IMG/VR virus record: IMGVR_UViG_3300036855_000054
Coordinates: 1-64,000 of that record
Length of the DNA: 64,000 bases
Strand: one strand, 5' to 3'
Source of the DNA: a virus
Lineage: Duplodnaviria; Caudoviricetes
Each line of letters opens with the position of its first letter. Positions within the stretch are counted from its first letter, which is position 1. The notes under the pieces were generated by a model. It did no database searches. It had not been told where the DNA came from and saw nothing but the letters and a program-made list of their open reading frames with translations. Of the stretch, positions 9,269-17,387 are shown piece by piece. The position numbers and the translations under genes were made by a program.

Positions 9269-9801
9269 CCCTGACCGGCGAGAAAGCCGTTCCCGTGCTG
9301 TACCTGGACATCGACGGCACCGTGCGGCACGGCGTCGACGAGCTCGGCCGGTTCGTCAACACCGCTGACGACGTGGTCGTGTTCCCCGAGGCGGTGGAGA
9401 TGATGCGCCGCTGGAAGGCTGGCGGCGGCCGGATCATCGGGGTCAGCAACCAGGGCGGCATCGCGCTCGGCCACGTCAAGGCGTCGGACATGGTGAAGGC
9501 GATGGAGCGGACTCACCAACTGTCGGGTGGCCTCTTCGACAAGATCGCCTGGTGCCAGCACCATCCTCAGGCCAGCCACCCCGAGATGGCCCGGTGCTGG
9601 TGCCGTAAGCCCTCACCTGGCCTTGTGATCGAAGCGTCGCTCAACCTGGCCGAGAGGTGCCGAGGCGAGATCTACCCGCCCTACATGGGCCTCATGGTCG
9701 GAGACCGACCGGAAGACGAGGAGTGCGCCCGCCTCGCTGGCCTGGATTTCCAGTGGGCCGCTGACTGGCGTGCGCAGGCCGTGGAGGTGGCCGATGCCTG
9801 A
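9265..9801 (+). CDS. HAD-IIIA phosphatase (GmhB/HisB-like)
   Basis: DIDGT, VSNQGGI, CQHHP...CWCRKPSPG, MVGDR. Confidence 0.88.
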   Translation: MTLTGEKAVPVLYLDIDGTVRHGVDELGRFVNTADDVVVFPEAVEMMRRWKAGGGRIIGVSNQGGIALGHVKASDMVKAMERTHQLSGGLFDKIAWCQHHPQASHPEMARCWCRKPSPGLVIEASLNLAERCRGEIYPPYMGLMVGDRPEDEECARLAGLDFQWAADWRAQAVEVADA

Positions 9802-9976
9802 GCAACTCCCGTGGTCCCGCTGGCCGTGGAATCGGTGCCCGGCGCGGCGCGAACGCCAGCCTGGCGACACCGACTGGGGCCGCTGCGAGTTGCGGCGCCA
9901 CGGCCCGGAGATCGATCACGCCCTGGAGCGCGGCATGGGTGCCGATCGGCGCTGGAGCACCCGGTGGACGTCGTGA
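9794..9976 (+). CDS. Hypothetical protein
   Basis: GGAGG RBS; Cys/His pattern; coupled. Confidence 0.5.
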   Translation: MPEQLPWSRWPWNRCPARRERQPGDTDWGRCELRRHGPEIDHALERGMGADRRWSTRWTS

Positions 9977-10233
9977 GCGAGCAGCGGTGCGAGTGCTGTG
10001 ACCTGCCTGTCTCCTCGTGCGGCAAGGCAGCCGAGGCGGTGCAACGCCAGCAGTTGATGGCGGAGCGGGCGCTGCTGTTGGCTGCGGGCTGGTTCCCGGC
10101 CCGGTGGGCGGGTGAGTGCGCCGGCTGCGGCTACTGGTTCAAAATGGGTGCCCTGATCCGCCGCGATGGCGAGGATTGGCGTTCGGAGTGCTGCTCGGAC
10201 GGTGCCGTAGTGGGCAGTGGGAGGTCGCGGTGA
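9973..10233 (+). CDS. Cys-rich hypothetical protein
   Basis: CECCDLP..SCG, CAGCG, ECC; GTGA overlaps. Confidence 0.6.
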   Translation: MSEQRCECCDLPVSSCGKAAEAVQRQQLMAERALLLAAGWFPARWAGECAGCGYWFKMGALIRRDGEDWRSECCSDGAVVGSGRSR

Positions 10234-10395
10234 GCGGCACCTTCATCGATGCGGACGGCGTTATCCGCCAGCGCCACGGCCATGTCACACCGCAGCCGCT
10301 CGTGGCGCGGTGCGGAGGGCCCGGGATGTGCACGGTGTGCCGGGCCGAGCGGGACCACGAAACACGCGGCGACATGGCGGGGTGCGTGTTCTGCC
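10230..10395 (+). pseudogene. Interrupted gene: HGHVTP/CGGPGMC module followed by a HIT-like start MAGCVFC
   Basis: Coding sense is lost exactly where the ychF-like sequence begins. Confidence 0.5.
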
Positions 10396-10548
10396 GAGAT
10401 CGTCTCCTACGACGACCTGGTCGCCGCCGGTTCGATGGCCGACGCCCGCAGCGCCGGAAAGGTCCGCATGGAGGGCAAGGACTACGTGATGGCCGACGGC
10501 GACGTCGTCGAGTTCCGCCACGGAGCAACGTCTAAGCCGAGCAAGTGA
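10393..10548 (+). pseudogene. ychF: 3' fragment of the ribosome-binding ATPase YchF
   Basis: AEIVSYDDLVAAGSMADARSAGKVRMEGKDYVMADGDVVEFR matches the conserved YchF C-terminus; no 5' part present. Confidence 0.9.
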
Positions 10549-10647
10549 TAGTCCCATGCCCTGCCGATAGCCGGGTATGACCGGGGTGCTTGAGACACTC
10601 GTGTCTCGGTCGTGTTCTCTCGTGCCGCCGTGTGCGATGCTGGATTC

Positions 10648-11361
10648 GTGAGCGACAGTCCTCGATCCAGTGGCGTGCTGGTATATCTCGACACTTCCGT
10701 CCTGGCCATGCCCGAGGCGGCCCGGCAGCTCGGAATGCCGGTTACGACACTGCGGCACTGGCTGGAGGGTCACACTATCGACGGCCGGTTCTACGAACCC
10801 GTCCTGCGGCCTGAGCCAGTCGGCTCCAACGATGTCACATGGGGTGAGCTGGTCGAGGCAGATTACCTGCGCGCTTACCGTGGTAAGGGTGTGTCGATGC
10901 AGGCACTGCGCCCGTTCATCCAGCAGGCTCGTGAACGATTCGGGCTTCGCTACCCGCTGGCGCACCTGCGCCCGTTCACCGACGGTCGAAAGCTTCTGCT
11001 GGAGTTGCAGACTGAAGCGCACCTTTCGGATGCGTTGCGCGTGGTCTACCAGCTTCACGACGGGCAGCTTGAGCTTGATCATCGTGCCGATTCCTGGCTT
11101 GAGCGTGTCGAACGTGACGCCGACCAGGACACCGCTGCGCGAATCCGTCCCGACGGTCCTGACTCGCCGGTTGTTCATGATCCACAGATCTCCTCCGCAG
11201 CGGCCACCGTCGCTGGCATCCGCACCGAGATCATCCGCGAGCAGTACGAGTCCGGTGAGGAGACCCGCGACATCGCTCAGACCTTCGGTTTGCCGATCGA
11301 TCACGTCTTGGCCGCGCTGAGCCATGAACAACGTCAGCGACCGCTGCGCGTCGCCGCCTGA
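10648..11361 (+). CDS. DUF433 antitoxin with N-terminal HTH (VapB45-like)
   Basis: MPEAARQLGMPVTTLRHWL; TWGELVEA; HDPQISSAAATVAGIRTEII...IAQTFGL. Confidence 0.82.
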   Translation: MSDSPRSSGVLVYLDTSVLAMPEAARQLGMPVTTLRHWLEGHTIDGRFYEPVLRPEPVGSNDVTWGELVEADYLRAYRGKGVSMQALRPFIQQARERFGLRYPLAHLRPFTDGRKLLLELQTEAHLSDALRVVYQLHDGQLELDHRADSWLERVERDADQDTAARIRPDGPDSPVVHDPQISSAAATVAGIRTEIIREQYESGEETRDIAQTFGLPIDHVLAALSHEQRQRPLRVAA

Positions 11362-11590
11362 CGCTGCGCTCATGCAACTCGGCCGGGCTCGCTGGTACAT
11401 CGACGCCGACACCCTAGGTGTCGCTGCGATTCTTATGCGTGCTCGACCCGACGTCACCTTCCCCGGTGACTCGGGTGAGCGGCACAGCCCGCGCTGGCAT
11501 CTTCCTGCGTGCTCGATCACCCGCACCGACACACCAGATGTCGAGTGGATCCCCAAGGTGACCGCGGCTGGTCTGGCGATCATCACTCGC
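11324..11590 (+). pseudogene. PIN-like toxin (VapC45-like), truncated
   Basis: WYIDADTL...TPDVEWIPKV...AIITR, then diverges before the expected TRD motif and C-terminal half. Confidence 0.7.
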
Positions 11591-11652
11591 TGCACGGGCA
11601 CGCCCGCACCGTGGAGGTCGCGGAGATCGCCGCAGCAGCGCTCAACGTGCCA

Positions 11653-11847
11653 TCACAGCACCCCCAATTCCTGCCGGGCTGCGGCCAGTTCGGCGCAGCG
11701 TGCGTAGACGTCGCCGGTGCGGGTGTGCGGGTTGCAGTCGGCGAACCGGCGCCACTGCTGCGTGGTGTACGCGGTGCCGCTGAGCAGGAACGCTGCGGCG
11801 CTGTCGATATCGCGGTGGCGCATGTCGGCGTCGGTGGGGATGAACAT
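11653..11847 (-). CDS. Hypothetical protein
   Basis: GAGGA RBS; GC3-rich codons. Confidence 0.5.
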   Translation of the reverse strand: MFIPTDADMRHRDIDSAAAFLLSGTAYTTQQWRRFADCNPHTRTGDVYARCAELAAARQELGVL

Positions 11848-11906
11848 CGCGGGTCCTCGCTTGCGGTAGGGACGGTCAGCGGTGGGGAGTCGCTGACCGG
11901 GGGTGG

Positions 11907-12464
11907 CTAGCTGGTGCGGGCCATCTCGCGTGACAAGCGGTAGATCCCGTCCTGCACGGTGTCGTACGTGCCGTGCCAGTGCGGGGACATCTCCGGGAGC
12001 CTCGTGCGGCTGTCCGCGTCGGCCGGCAGCCCGGACTGGCGGATCACTTCGGCGCGCAACTCGGCTGTGAACTCCGGGGAGATCGTGCGGTTGGCGAAGA
12101 CATGCCCGGTCATGAAGTGCACCAGCTCCGCCTTCGCGCAGCAGCGGGAGGTGTGCACATCGTTGTTGCTGGACACGTCACACCCGTAGGTCTCGGCGAC
12201 GCGGGCGCCGTGCTGCGGGCAGTACCAGGAGTTGGCCGAGTAGGCGCAGTCGGTCATCCCCTCGAACCGGCCGCCCCGGAAACCGTTCGCGACTGCCTCG
12301 ACCTGGTCGACGGTGGGGCCGTCGGTCCAGAACACGTTGACCGATGAGCCGCCTGCGTAGCGTTCGATGCGGACTGAGAACTTCACGGCGGGGAATCCGC
12401 GCTTCAGGAATGGGCGCAGCAGCTTGGCGACTTCGGCGGTGTCGATGTAGCGGGCGGCGGTCAT
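11907..12464 (-). CDS. LPD29 domain protein
   Basis: AKLLR..LK..FP.VKFSVR...YAGGSSVNVFWTDGPT..QV...F.G..F.GMTD. Confidence 0.8.
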   Translation of the reverse strand: MTAARYIDTAEVAKLLRPFLKRGFPAVKFSVRIERYAGGSSVNVFWTDGPTVDQVEAVANGFRGGRFEGMTDCAYSANSWYCPQHGARVAETYGCDVSSNNDVHTSRCCAKAELVHFMTGHVFANRTISPEFTAELRAEVIRQSGLPADADSRTRLPEMSPHWHGTYDTVQDGIYRLSREMARTS

Positions 12465-12489
12465 CTGGTCCTCCTGGTGGCCCCGGTTT

Positions 12490-12570
12490 CTGTAATACAC
12501 AATCTACGCCGCGGTGGCCGGTGGCGCAAGGGTTTACGTGTCACAAAAACTGTGTATTCTTGTGGCACAC
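12490..12570. promoter_or_regulatory. Divergent promoters with operator-like inverted motifs
   Basis: AATACACA (12494) and TGTGTATT (12551); GTGTCACAA and TTGTGGCAC; AT-rich. Confidence 0.5.
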
Positions 12571-12587
12571 GAACCAGGGAGCCGCCG

Positions 12588-12806
12588 ATGACCGAGAAGC
12601 GCCGTCCTGGACGGCCAGCCACGGGCCAGAAACCGAACTACCCGATCCGCGTCGACCGGGAAGTTCAGGACGCGTTCGTCGCAGCTGCGGGCAAAGAGCA
12701 CCCGGCAGTGGTCGCCGCGTTCATGGCCTGGTACGCGCGCCTACCCGGTTCACGACGTCCCGAACGCCCCCCCGCGGCTGGTCCCGAGCCCGAATTCGGC
12801 GGATAG
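12588..12806 (+). CDS. Small RHH-type regulator
   Basis: GRPATGQKPNYPIRVD...AFMAWY. Confidence 0.7.
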   Translation: MTEKRRPGRPATGQKPNYPIRVDREVQDAFVAAAGKEHPAVVAAFMAWYARLPGSRRPERPPAAGPEPEFGG

Positions 12807-12940
12807 CACACCGCCCAGCACCAAGATCGGGCGACACGCCGAGCAGGCGCCCACAGCCACCACCCGCCCACGGCCATCATCAACACACGGGTAGCGCACC
12901 CCAGCACCCGGATCCCCTACCGCAAACCTGGAGACCCGCC

Positions 12941-14173
12941 ATGCCTACGCCGCCGCCGCCGGAGAGCGCCGAGGACCTCGAGACGTCCATCAGCGACGTC
13001 GTGCGCACCGGCCAGATCGTCACCACCGCTCAGTGGATTGTCGCGTCGGTCGTGATGGGCGGCTCGGCGCTCAGCGCCGGGTACGCCTTCGGGCACTTCC
13101 ACGAGCCGTTCTACATGGGCTTCATCATCGGCCTGGCCGTGGACACCGCCCTCGCCTCGTGGCTGCTGATCTCCCGCAAGCTCCGCGCCACCGGCGTGAA
13201 AACGGCGTGGGGGCCGGTCCTCGAGGGCATCACCGCCCTGATGACCCTGTGCCTGAACTCCGGGTCCTCGATGCTGGACGGGAACTACGCCCTGGCCGGT
13301 GCGCACGCGTTCCTGCCGGTCGTGCTGTTCGTGCTGTCGATGGCCGGCGGGGAGGCGCAGCACAAGTTGCACGACCTGCTGAAGAAGAAGGAAGCCGCCG
13401 AGGCCGCCCGCAAACGCCAGGCGGACGACGACGAGAGGATCCGCAGCGAGCGCGCGACCCGAGAGCACCACGAGACGACCCGCACGGAGAACAACCGCCG
13501 CACTGCCGAGGCCACCAAGGCAGCCAAGGAAGCCGAGAAGGAGACTGAGGCGCACAAGGCGAGCGTCACGGTCGCACGGGAGGAGAACGAGGCGGCCGTG
13601 ACGATGGAGCGTGAGAGGAACGAGACCGCGCTGACGGTCGAGCGGGAGCGGAGCGAGACTGCTGCGACGCTCGAGCGGGAAGCCCGCGAGCACGCAACTC
13701 AGAAATCCGTTCGGGAGCTGTCTGGGCTCATTCTGATGAGCACCACAATGCGCGTCGTCGCAATGACAGCGGCCGGCTTGAATGGGACTGGACAATCGTC
13801 GCGCCAGTATTCTGCCATCCCCCGCCAGGGGTCGGTTTCGCCAGCCGGATCGCCAGCGTCGCCAGCCCGCGTCGCCAGCGGTTCGCCAGCGCCGTCGCCA
13901 GCCCGTCGCCAGCCCGCGTCGCCAGCCCGTCGCCAGCCGCCGCCAGCATCACCAGCGCAGGTCGCGCCCGATCTGGCGAAGCTGGTGACGCTGGCGAAGC
14001 AGGAGCTGGCGACGTCGCCAGGGATGGGCCGGCCGACGCTGGCGAAGAGGCTGGCGGAAAGGTCTGGCGACCACGTCACCGACCACATGGTGAAGACGAT
14101 TCGACGAATGATCGACGATGAGCAGAGGGAGCTTCTGGCGGCCGAGGTGGCTGGATTCCTCAGCGCGCAGTAG
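12941..14173 (+). CDS. Spread-protein-like (DUF2637/Spd type) membrane protein with coiled coil and C-terminal HTH
   Basis: Four TM helices, E/R/K coil, SPA repeats, GMGRPTLAKRL. Confidence 0.6.
   Translation: MPTPPPPESAEDLETSISDVVRTGQIVTTAQWIVASVVMGGSALSAGYAFGHFHEPFYMGFIIGLAVDTALASWLLISRKLRATGVKTAWGPVLEGITALMTLCLNSGSSMLDGNYALAGAHAFLPVVLFVLSMAGGEAQHKLHDLLKKKEAAEAARKRQADDDERIRSERATREHHETTRTENNRRTAEATKAAKEAEKETEAHKASVTVAREENEAAVTMERERNETALTVERERSETAATLEREAREHATQKSVRELSGLILMSTTMRVVAMTAAGLNGTGQSSRQYSAIPRQGSVSPAGSPASPARVASGSPAPSPARRQPASPARRQPPPASPAQVAPDLAKLVTLAKQELATSPGMGRPTLAKRLAERSGDHVTDHMVKTIRRMIDDEQRELLAAEVAGFLSAQ
13838..13956 (+). repeat. TCGCCAGC-type short repeats inside the CDS
   Basis: About ten CGCCAGC copies at short spacing. 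Confidence 0.7.
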
Positions 14174-14194
14174 TAATCGCTCGATCCCCATAAA

Positions 14195-14245
14195 CAACGA
14201 GAAGGGCCGGTCACCTCCATGTGAGGTGACCGGCCCTTCTCGTTG
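14195..14245. terminator. Perfect 23-bp stem hairpin
   Basis: CAACGAGAAGGGCCGGTCACCTC-catgt-GAGGTGACCGGCCCTTCTCGTTG. Confidence 0.85.
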
Positions 14246-14265
14246 CGCTGGGTCGTACTGGTCGT

Positions 14266-14650
14266 GGAGCACACAAACACACACACCGCCGGCAGGAGGG
14301 GGGGGTGCTGCCTCATCTGCCCCTGGTAGGAGCGGGTGTGCCCGTGGGTCGCCACACAGTGTGTGTGTTTGCTCCTGCCGGTCCGCCCTAGGCGCCCTAG
14401 CCCGCTGGTCAGGGGGTGGTCCTGCTGCTCTAGGCCCAGGTCTAGACCTTGGGGGTAGTGAGGTGGTGAGGGGCTGGTCTGGTCTAGAGGTTGGCGGCGT
14501 GGTGGATGCGCTGGTCGCCGCGGTGGTGGTGGGGCGGGACGAAATTTCGGACGAAATTTCGCGGGTGGGGGCGCGGGTGGCCCGGTGGGGGGTCCAACGC
14601 GCCCGCGCGCGCCCGCGCGCGAGAAGCCAGAGTGTAGGCCGAAATTTCGC
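14266..14650. other. Non-coding motif-rich cis region
   Basis: 13-bp (CA)n inverted repeat, five CTAG, three CGAAATTTCG palindromes. Confidence 0.6.
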
Positions 14651-14716
14651 GGCGGCGTGTCGATCCTGGGGGCGTGTCGCGGCAGCGGTCTGCTGGGCCG
14701 GGAGGGACGCCACGGA

Positions 14717-14782
14717 TGTTTGGCGATATCGCCTATTGACAAGGGTCACCGGGCCACCGTAGATTAACGATATCGCCAAACA
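14717..14782 (+). promoter_or_regulatory. Housekeeping-sigma promoter flanked by inverted operators
   Basis: TTGACA(14736)-N18-TAGATT(14760); TGTTTGGCGATATCG / CGATATCGCCAAACA perfect 15-bp inverted repeat. Confidence 0.8.
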
Positions 14783-14801
14783 CCGTTCTACGGAGGACCC
14801 G

Positions 14802-15329
14802 ATGACCCGCATCTACGTTACTGAGACCGACACCGACAGCTACGACCCGTGGGAGTCCGACGAGCAGGCACCCCGCCGACGCGCCGGGTTCTTCACCGAG
14901 GAGTCCGCCACGTACTGGCACGGCGACAAGGCCGTGTTCGACGGCTCCAACCTGGCCGACGTCAACACTCGCGACCAGAACCGCGGCCAGGGTCTCTACC
15001 GCACCGCCAAGGGTCGCTGGGTGCTGCGCACCTGGTCCAACTGGCAGGGCGAGGTCGACACCTACTCGTACGTCACCGAGGACGACGCCCGCGACTGGCT
15101 GATCTTCAACGCGGAAGAGGACGCGGCGCAGAAGTACTTCGGCGAGATCGAGGACGAGCGCGGACCCGGCCGCCCCGAGGTCGGCGGCGCCGTGCACGTT
15201 CGTCTCGGCGACCTGCTGCCCAGCCTGGACGCGTGGGCGTCCCGCGCGGCAGTCTCCCGCGCGGACGCGGTCCGGGAAGCGGTCCGGCGTCTGCTCGCCG
15301 AGGAGCCTGTCGGCAGCCACATCGGCTGA
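14802..15329 (+). CDS. Acidic domain fused to a C-terminal CopG-like RHH
   Basis: LYRTAKGRWVL domain; GRPEVG..VHVRL...LDAWA...VSRADAVREAV; GGAGG RBS. Confidence 0.75.
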   Translation: MTRIYVTETDTDSYDPWESDEQAPRRRAGFFTEESATYWHGDKAVFDGSNLADVNTRDQNRGQGLYRTAKGRWVLRTWSNWQGEVDTYSYVTEDDARDWLIFNAEEDAAQKYFGEIEDERGPGRPEVGGAVHVRLGDLLPSLDAWASRAAVSRADAVREAVRRLLAEEPVGSHIG

Positions 15330-15346
15330 CCACCCAGAACGCACAA

Positions 15347-15388
15347 AAGCGCCCCACCCTCACGCTCAGGCGCAAGGGTGGGGCGCTT
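15347..15388. terminator. Terminator hairpin between convergent genes
   Basis: AAGCGCCCCACCCT/AGGGTGGGGCGCTT. Confidence 0.75.
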
Positions 15389-15680
15389 CCTTGGTGTCCC
15401 GGGTCGATGCCGACCACGCGGGACAGCTCAGGGGACTGGTGTGCTCATGCTACGGATGGCTGGCGCCAGATGATGTTGTACGGCGTGCTCACGATGAAAG
15501 GACTCCATGGAGGGATGGGTATCCGGGTCCCTGTGATCGTCACCGTTGGCGGAGGTAGTCGGAGACGGTCATCCCTCGCCGTCCCGCCCGCTGGCGGAGT
15601 TGCTTCATCTCTACCTCGGTGAGCCGCGCCGAGACGATGCGAGTCCGGGCGTTCTCGCCGTCAGGTCCGCGCATGTGCAG

Positions 15681-15836
15681 TCAGCCCTCTCGGTGCCGGT
15701 GCCGCAGGGCTCCCACCATGGCAGTAGCAGCGAAGGCGACGACACCGAGGATCACGAGCCAGAACAGTGCCTTGACGGCGAGACCGACCACGACGCAGAC
15801 CACCCACAGAACGAGTAGGCCGATGATCACGGGCAT
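15681..15836 (-). CDS. Small 2-TM membrane protein (not in the ORF track)
   Basis: MPVIIGLLVLWVVCVVVGLAVKALFWLVILGVVAF...; overlaps the holin stop. Confidence 0.6.
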   Translation of the reverse strand: MPVIIGLLVLWVVCVVVGLAVKALFWLVILGVVAFAATAMVGALRHRHREG

Positions 15837-16177
15837 CAGACGCCGCGCACCGCGGCCGGGTGCGCGGTGACCTGGGTGCGGACGAACGCCGCCACGATGG
15901 CCGCAGCGAACGCCATGATGACCGCCTGATTCCCGGCGGTCATGTGCAGACCGAACGCGAGCCCGAGCGCCAGCGCCGCCTGGATCACGCCGAGGATCGC
16001 GGGCGCGAGCTGGTCGGAGTGGACCAGGACGGCGGTGACCAGCCCGGTGATCGCGATAGCGACAGCGTTGATCACACCCTGCTGGTCGGCGGTCAGGGGC
16101 AGGACGAATGCGCTGACCATCTGCACGATGGCGGCGATCAGGCCCAGGATCAGGGCAGGTTCACGGCGCGGGGTCAT
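15836..16177 (-). CDS. Holin-like 4-TM protein
   Basis: REPALILGLI...LTADQQGVI...FVRTQVT; GAGGAG RBS. Confidence 0.7.
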   Translation of the reverse strand: MTPRREPALILGLIAAIVQMVSAFVLPLTADQQGVINAVAIAITGLVTAVLVHSDQLAPAILGVIQAALALGLAFGLHMTAGNQAVIMAFAAAIVAAFVRTQVTAHPAAVRGV

Positions 16178-16477
16178 CGGTGTCTCCTCGGGGGATTGTG
16201 TGTGGGGGGCGTAGTAAGCGCCGAACGCCTCGGCGTCGCGCCAGAAGAACCGGCCCGTGATGCCGCGGATGATCCAGTCGCCTTGACCGGCTGGCCAACC
16301 GCCACTGTCGTCGTTGTCGTTCGGCAGGGTCAGCTCCCGCCCGCCGGTCGGGAAGGTCCGGATACGGCCGCCACACCAGGCGGCGATCGCTTCCCAGTCG
16401 GCGTCCTCGGTGAGTTGCGCGGCACGGACCAGCGGTTTCGGTTTGATCGCGTACAACTGGCCCGGCTCCGCGCTCAC
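16178..16477 (-). CDS. Common phage soluble domain (KPxxVxAxQ...GDWIIRG...F...F...Y), in frame with the holin
   Basis: GTG coupled to the DUF1353 stop; no stop codon before the holin ATG. Confidence 0.55.
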
Positions 16478-17010
16478 CGGCGTCGCTCCTTGTTGTGCAT
16501 GGTGGTGGCCATGTAGTCGGCTGCGCTGAGTAGCGACAGGGGGATGAGCAGCAGAATCGCTGGGGCGACGAGCAGTAGGCCGGGAATGGTGATCGCGAGG
16601 ACGAGCGGCGCATCCCGCCACCAGCCGATGTGACCACCGCGGCGTGTGAGCAGGGACCCCCATCTGACTGCCGCGAACATCAGGTAACGGCGAGGGGCTG
16701 CCACACCAAGGGTGCCCAGCGCTTCCAGCAGGATGTGATCAGCGCGCCGGTAGCTGATCAGTCCAGTGGGCACGACGCGACGCCAAAGATGATCATGGAG
16801 TATGGCCGCCGCAGTGCCCGTGAGAACGTCCACAAGCCACCGGAGTACAGCCGGGCTGCTCGTGAGGTCAGTGTCCTGGCCGATCTCGACTTCGATGATC
16901 GTCCCGTCGGCGCAGTGATAGACGAGGCGGCCTAGCGTGCGCCAGGCGTTGAACACCAAGTCGTTGTCCTGGGTGATCGCCACCGGGCGGTTCGATTCGA
17001 AGCCGATCAC
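16474..17010 (-). CDS. DUF1353 protein
   Basis: TDLTSSP, AAILHDHLW, ADHILLEAL, MFAAVRWG. Confidence 0.8.
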   Translation of the reverse strand: MIGFESNRPVAITQDNDLVFNAWRTLGRLVYHCADGTIIEVEIGQDTDLTSSPAVLRWLVDVLTGTAAAILHDHLWRRVVPTGLISYRRADHILLEALGTLGVAAPRRYLMFAAVRWGSLLTRRGGHIGWWRDAPLVLAITIPGLLLVAPAILLLIPLSLLSAADYMATTMHNKERRR

Positions 17011-17387
17011 GAGTCGCCCGCGGTCCCGTACCGCACGAAGAACGGCGGGACATAGAAGTGGCCCGGGTAGCCGATCTGGACCTTGCCGGCGTTGAGCAGT
17101 TCGACAAACTCGAGCTTCTGCGCGTCACTCAGGTGCTGGAAGTAGAACTTCGCTTGGCCGCCGACGTACGCCTTGTAGCTCTTGTCGGTAGGGCCGACCT
17201 CGGCGCCCTCGTGGACCAACTCCATGAATCGGTCCCCGGAGAGCGAGCCGCAGTAGGTGCACGCCGGGTCCGACTGTCCGACCAGCCCGTGGCCCCGTTC
17301 GAAGCCGTCCAGACCTTCGCCCTGCGGGTACTGCCACGGGCCGGGCTCGTTCTCCGCCCGGCGGGGGCATGGCACGCCGGACGTCAT
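17007..17387 (-). CDS. Hypothetical protein
   Basis: CPRR, CTYCGSL, TDKSYKAY, KFYFQHLS; coupled. Confidence 0.65.
   Translation of the reverse strand: MTSGVPCPRRAENEPGPWQYPQGEGLDGFERGHGLVGQSDPACTYCGSLSGDRFMELVHEGAEVGPTDKSYKAYVGGQAKFYFQHLSDAQKLEFVELLNAGKVQIGYPGHFYVPPFFVRYGTAGDS

Noticed and set aside
10393-10548. ychF fragment as the prophage/host boundary (attR)
   Set aside because: Phage-type genes continue on both sides and the recombinase gene is about 45 kb away; treated as a captured fragment
14195-14245. Protelomerase telRL site
   Set aside because: The palindrome has a 5-nt loop, sits right after a stop codon, and no protelomerase is evident; a terminator is the simpler reading
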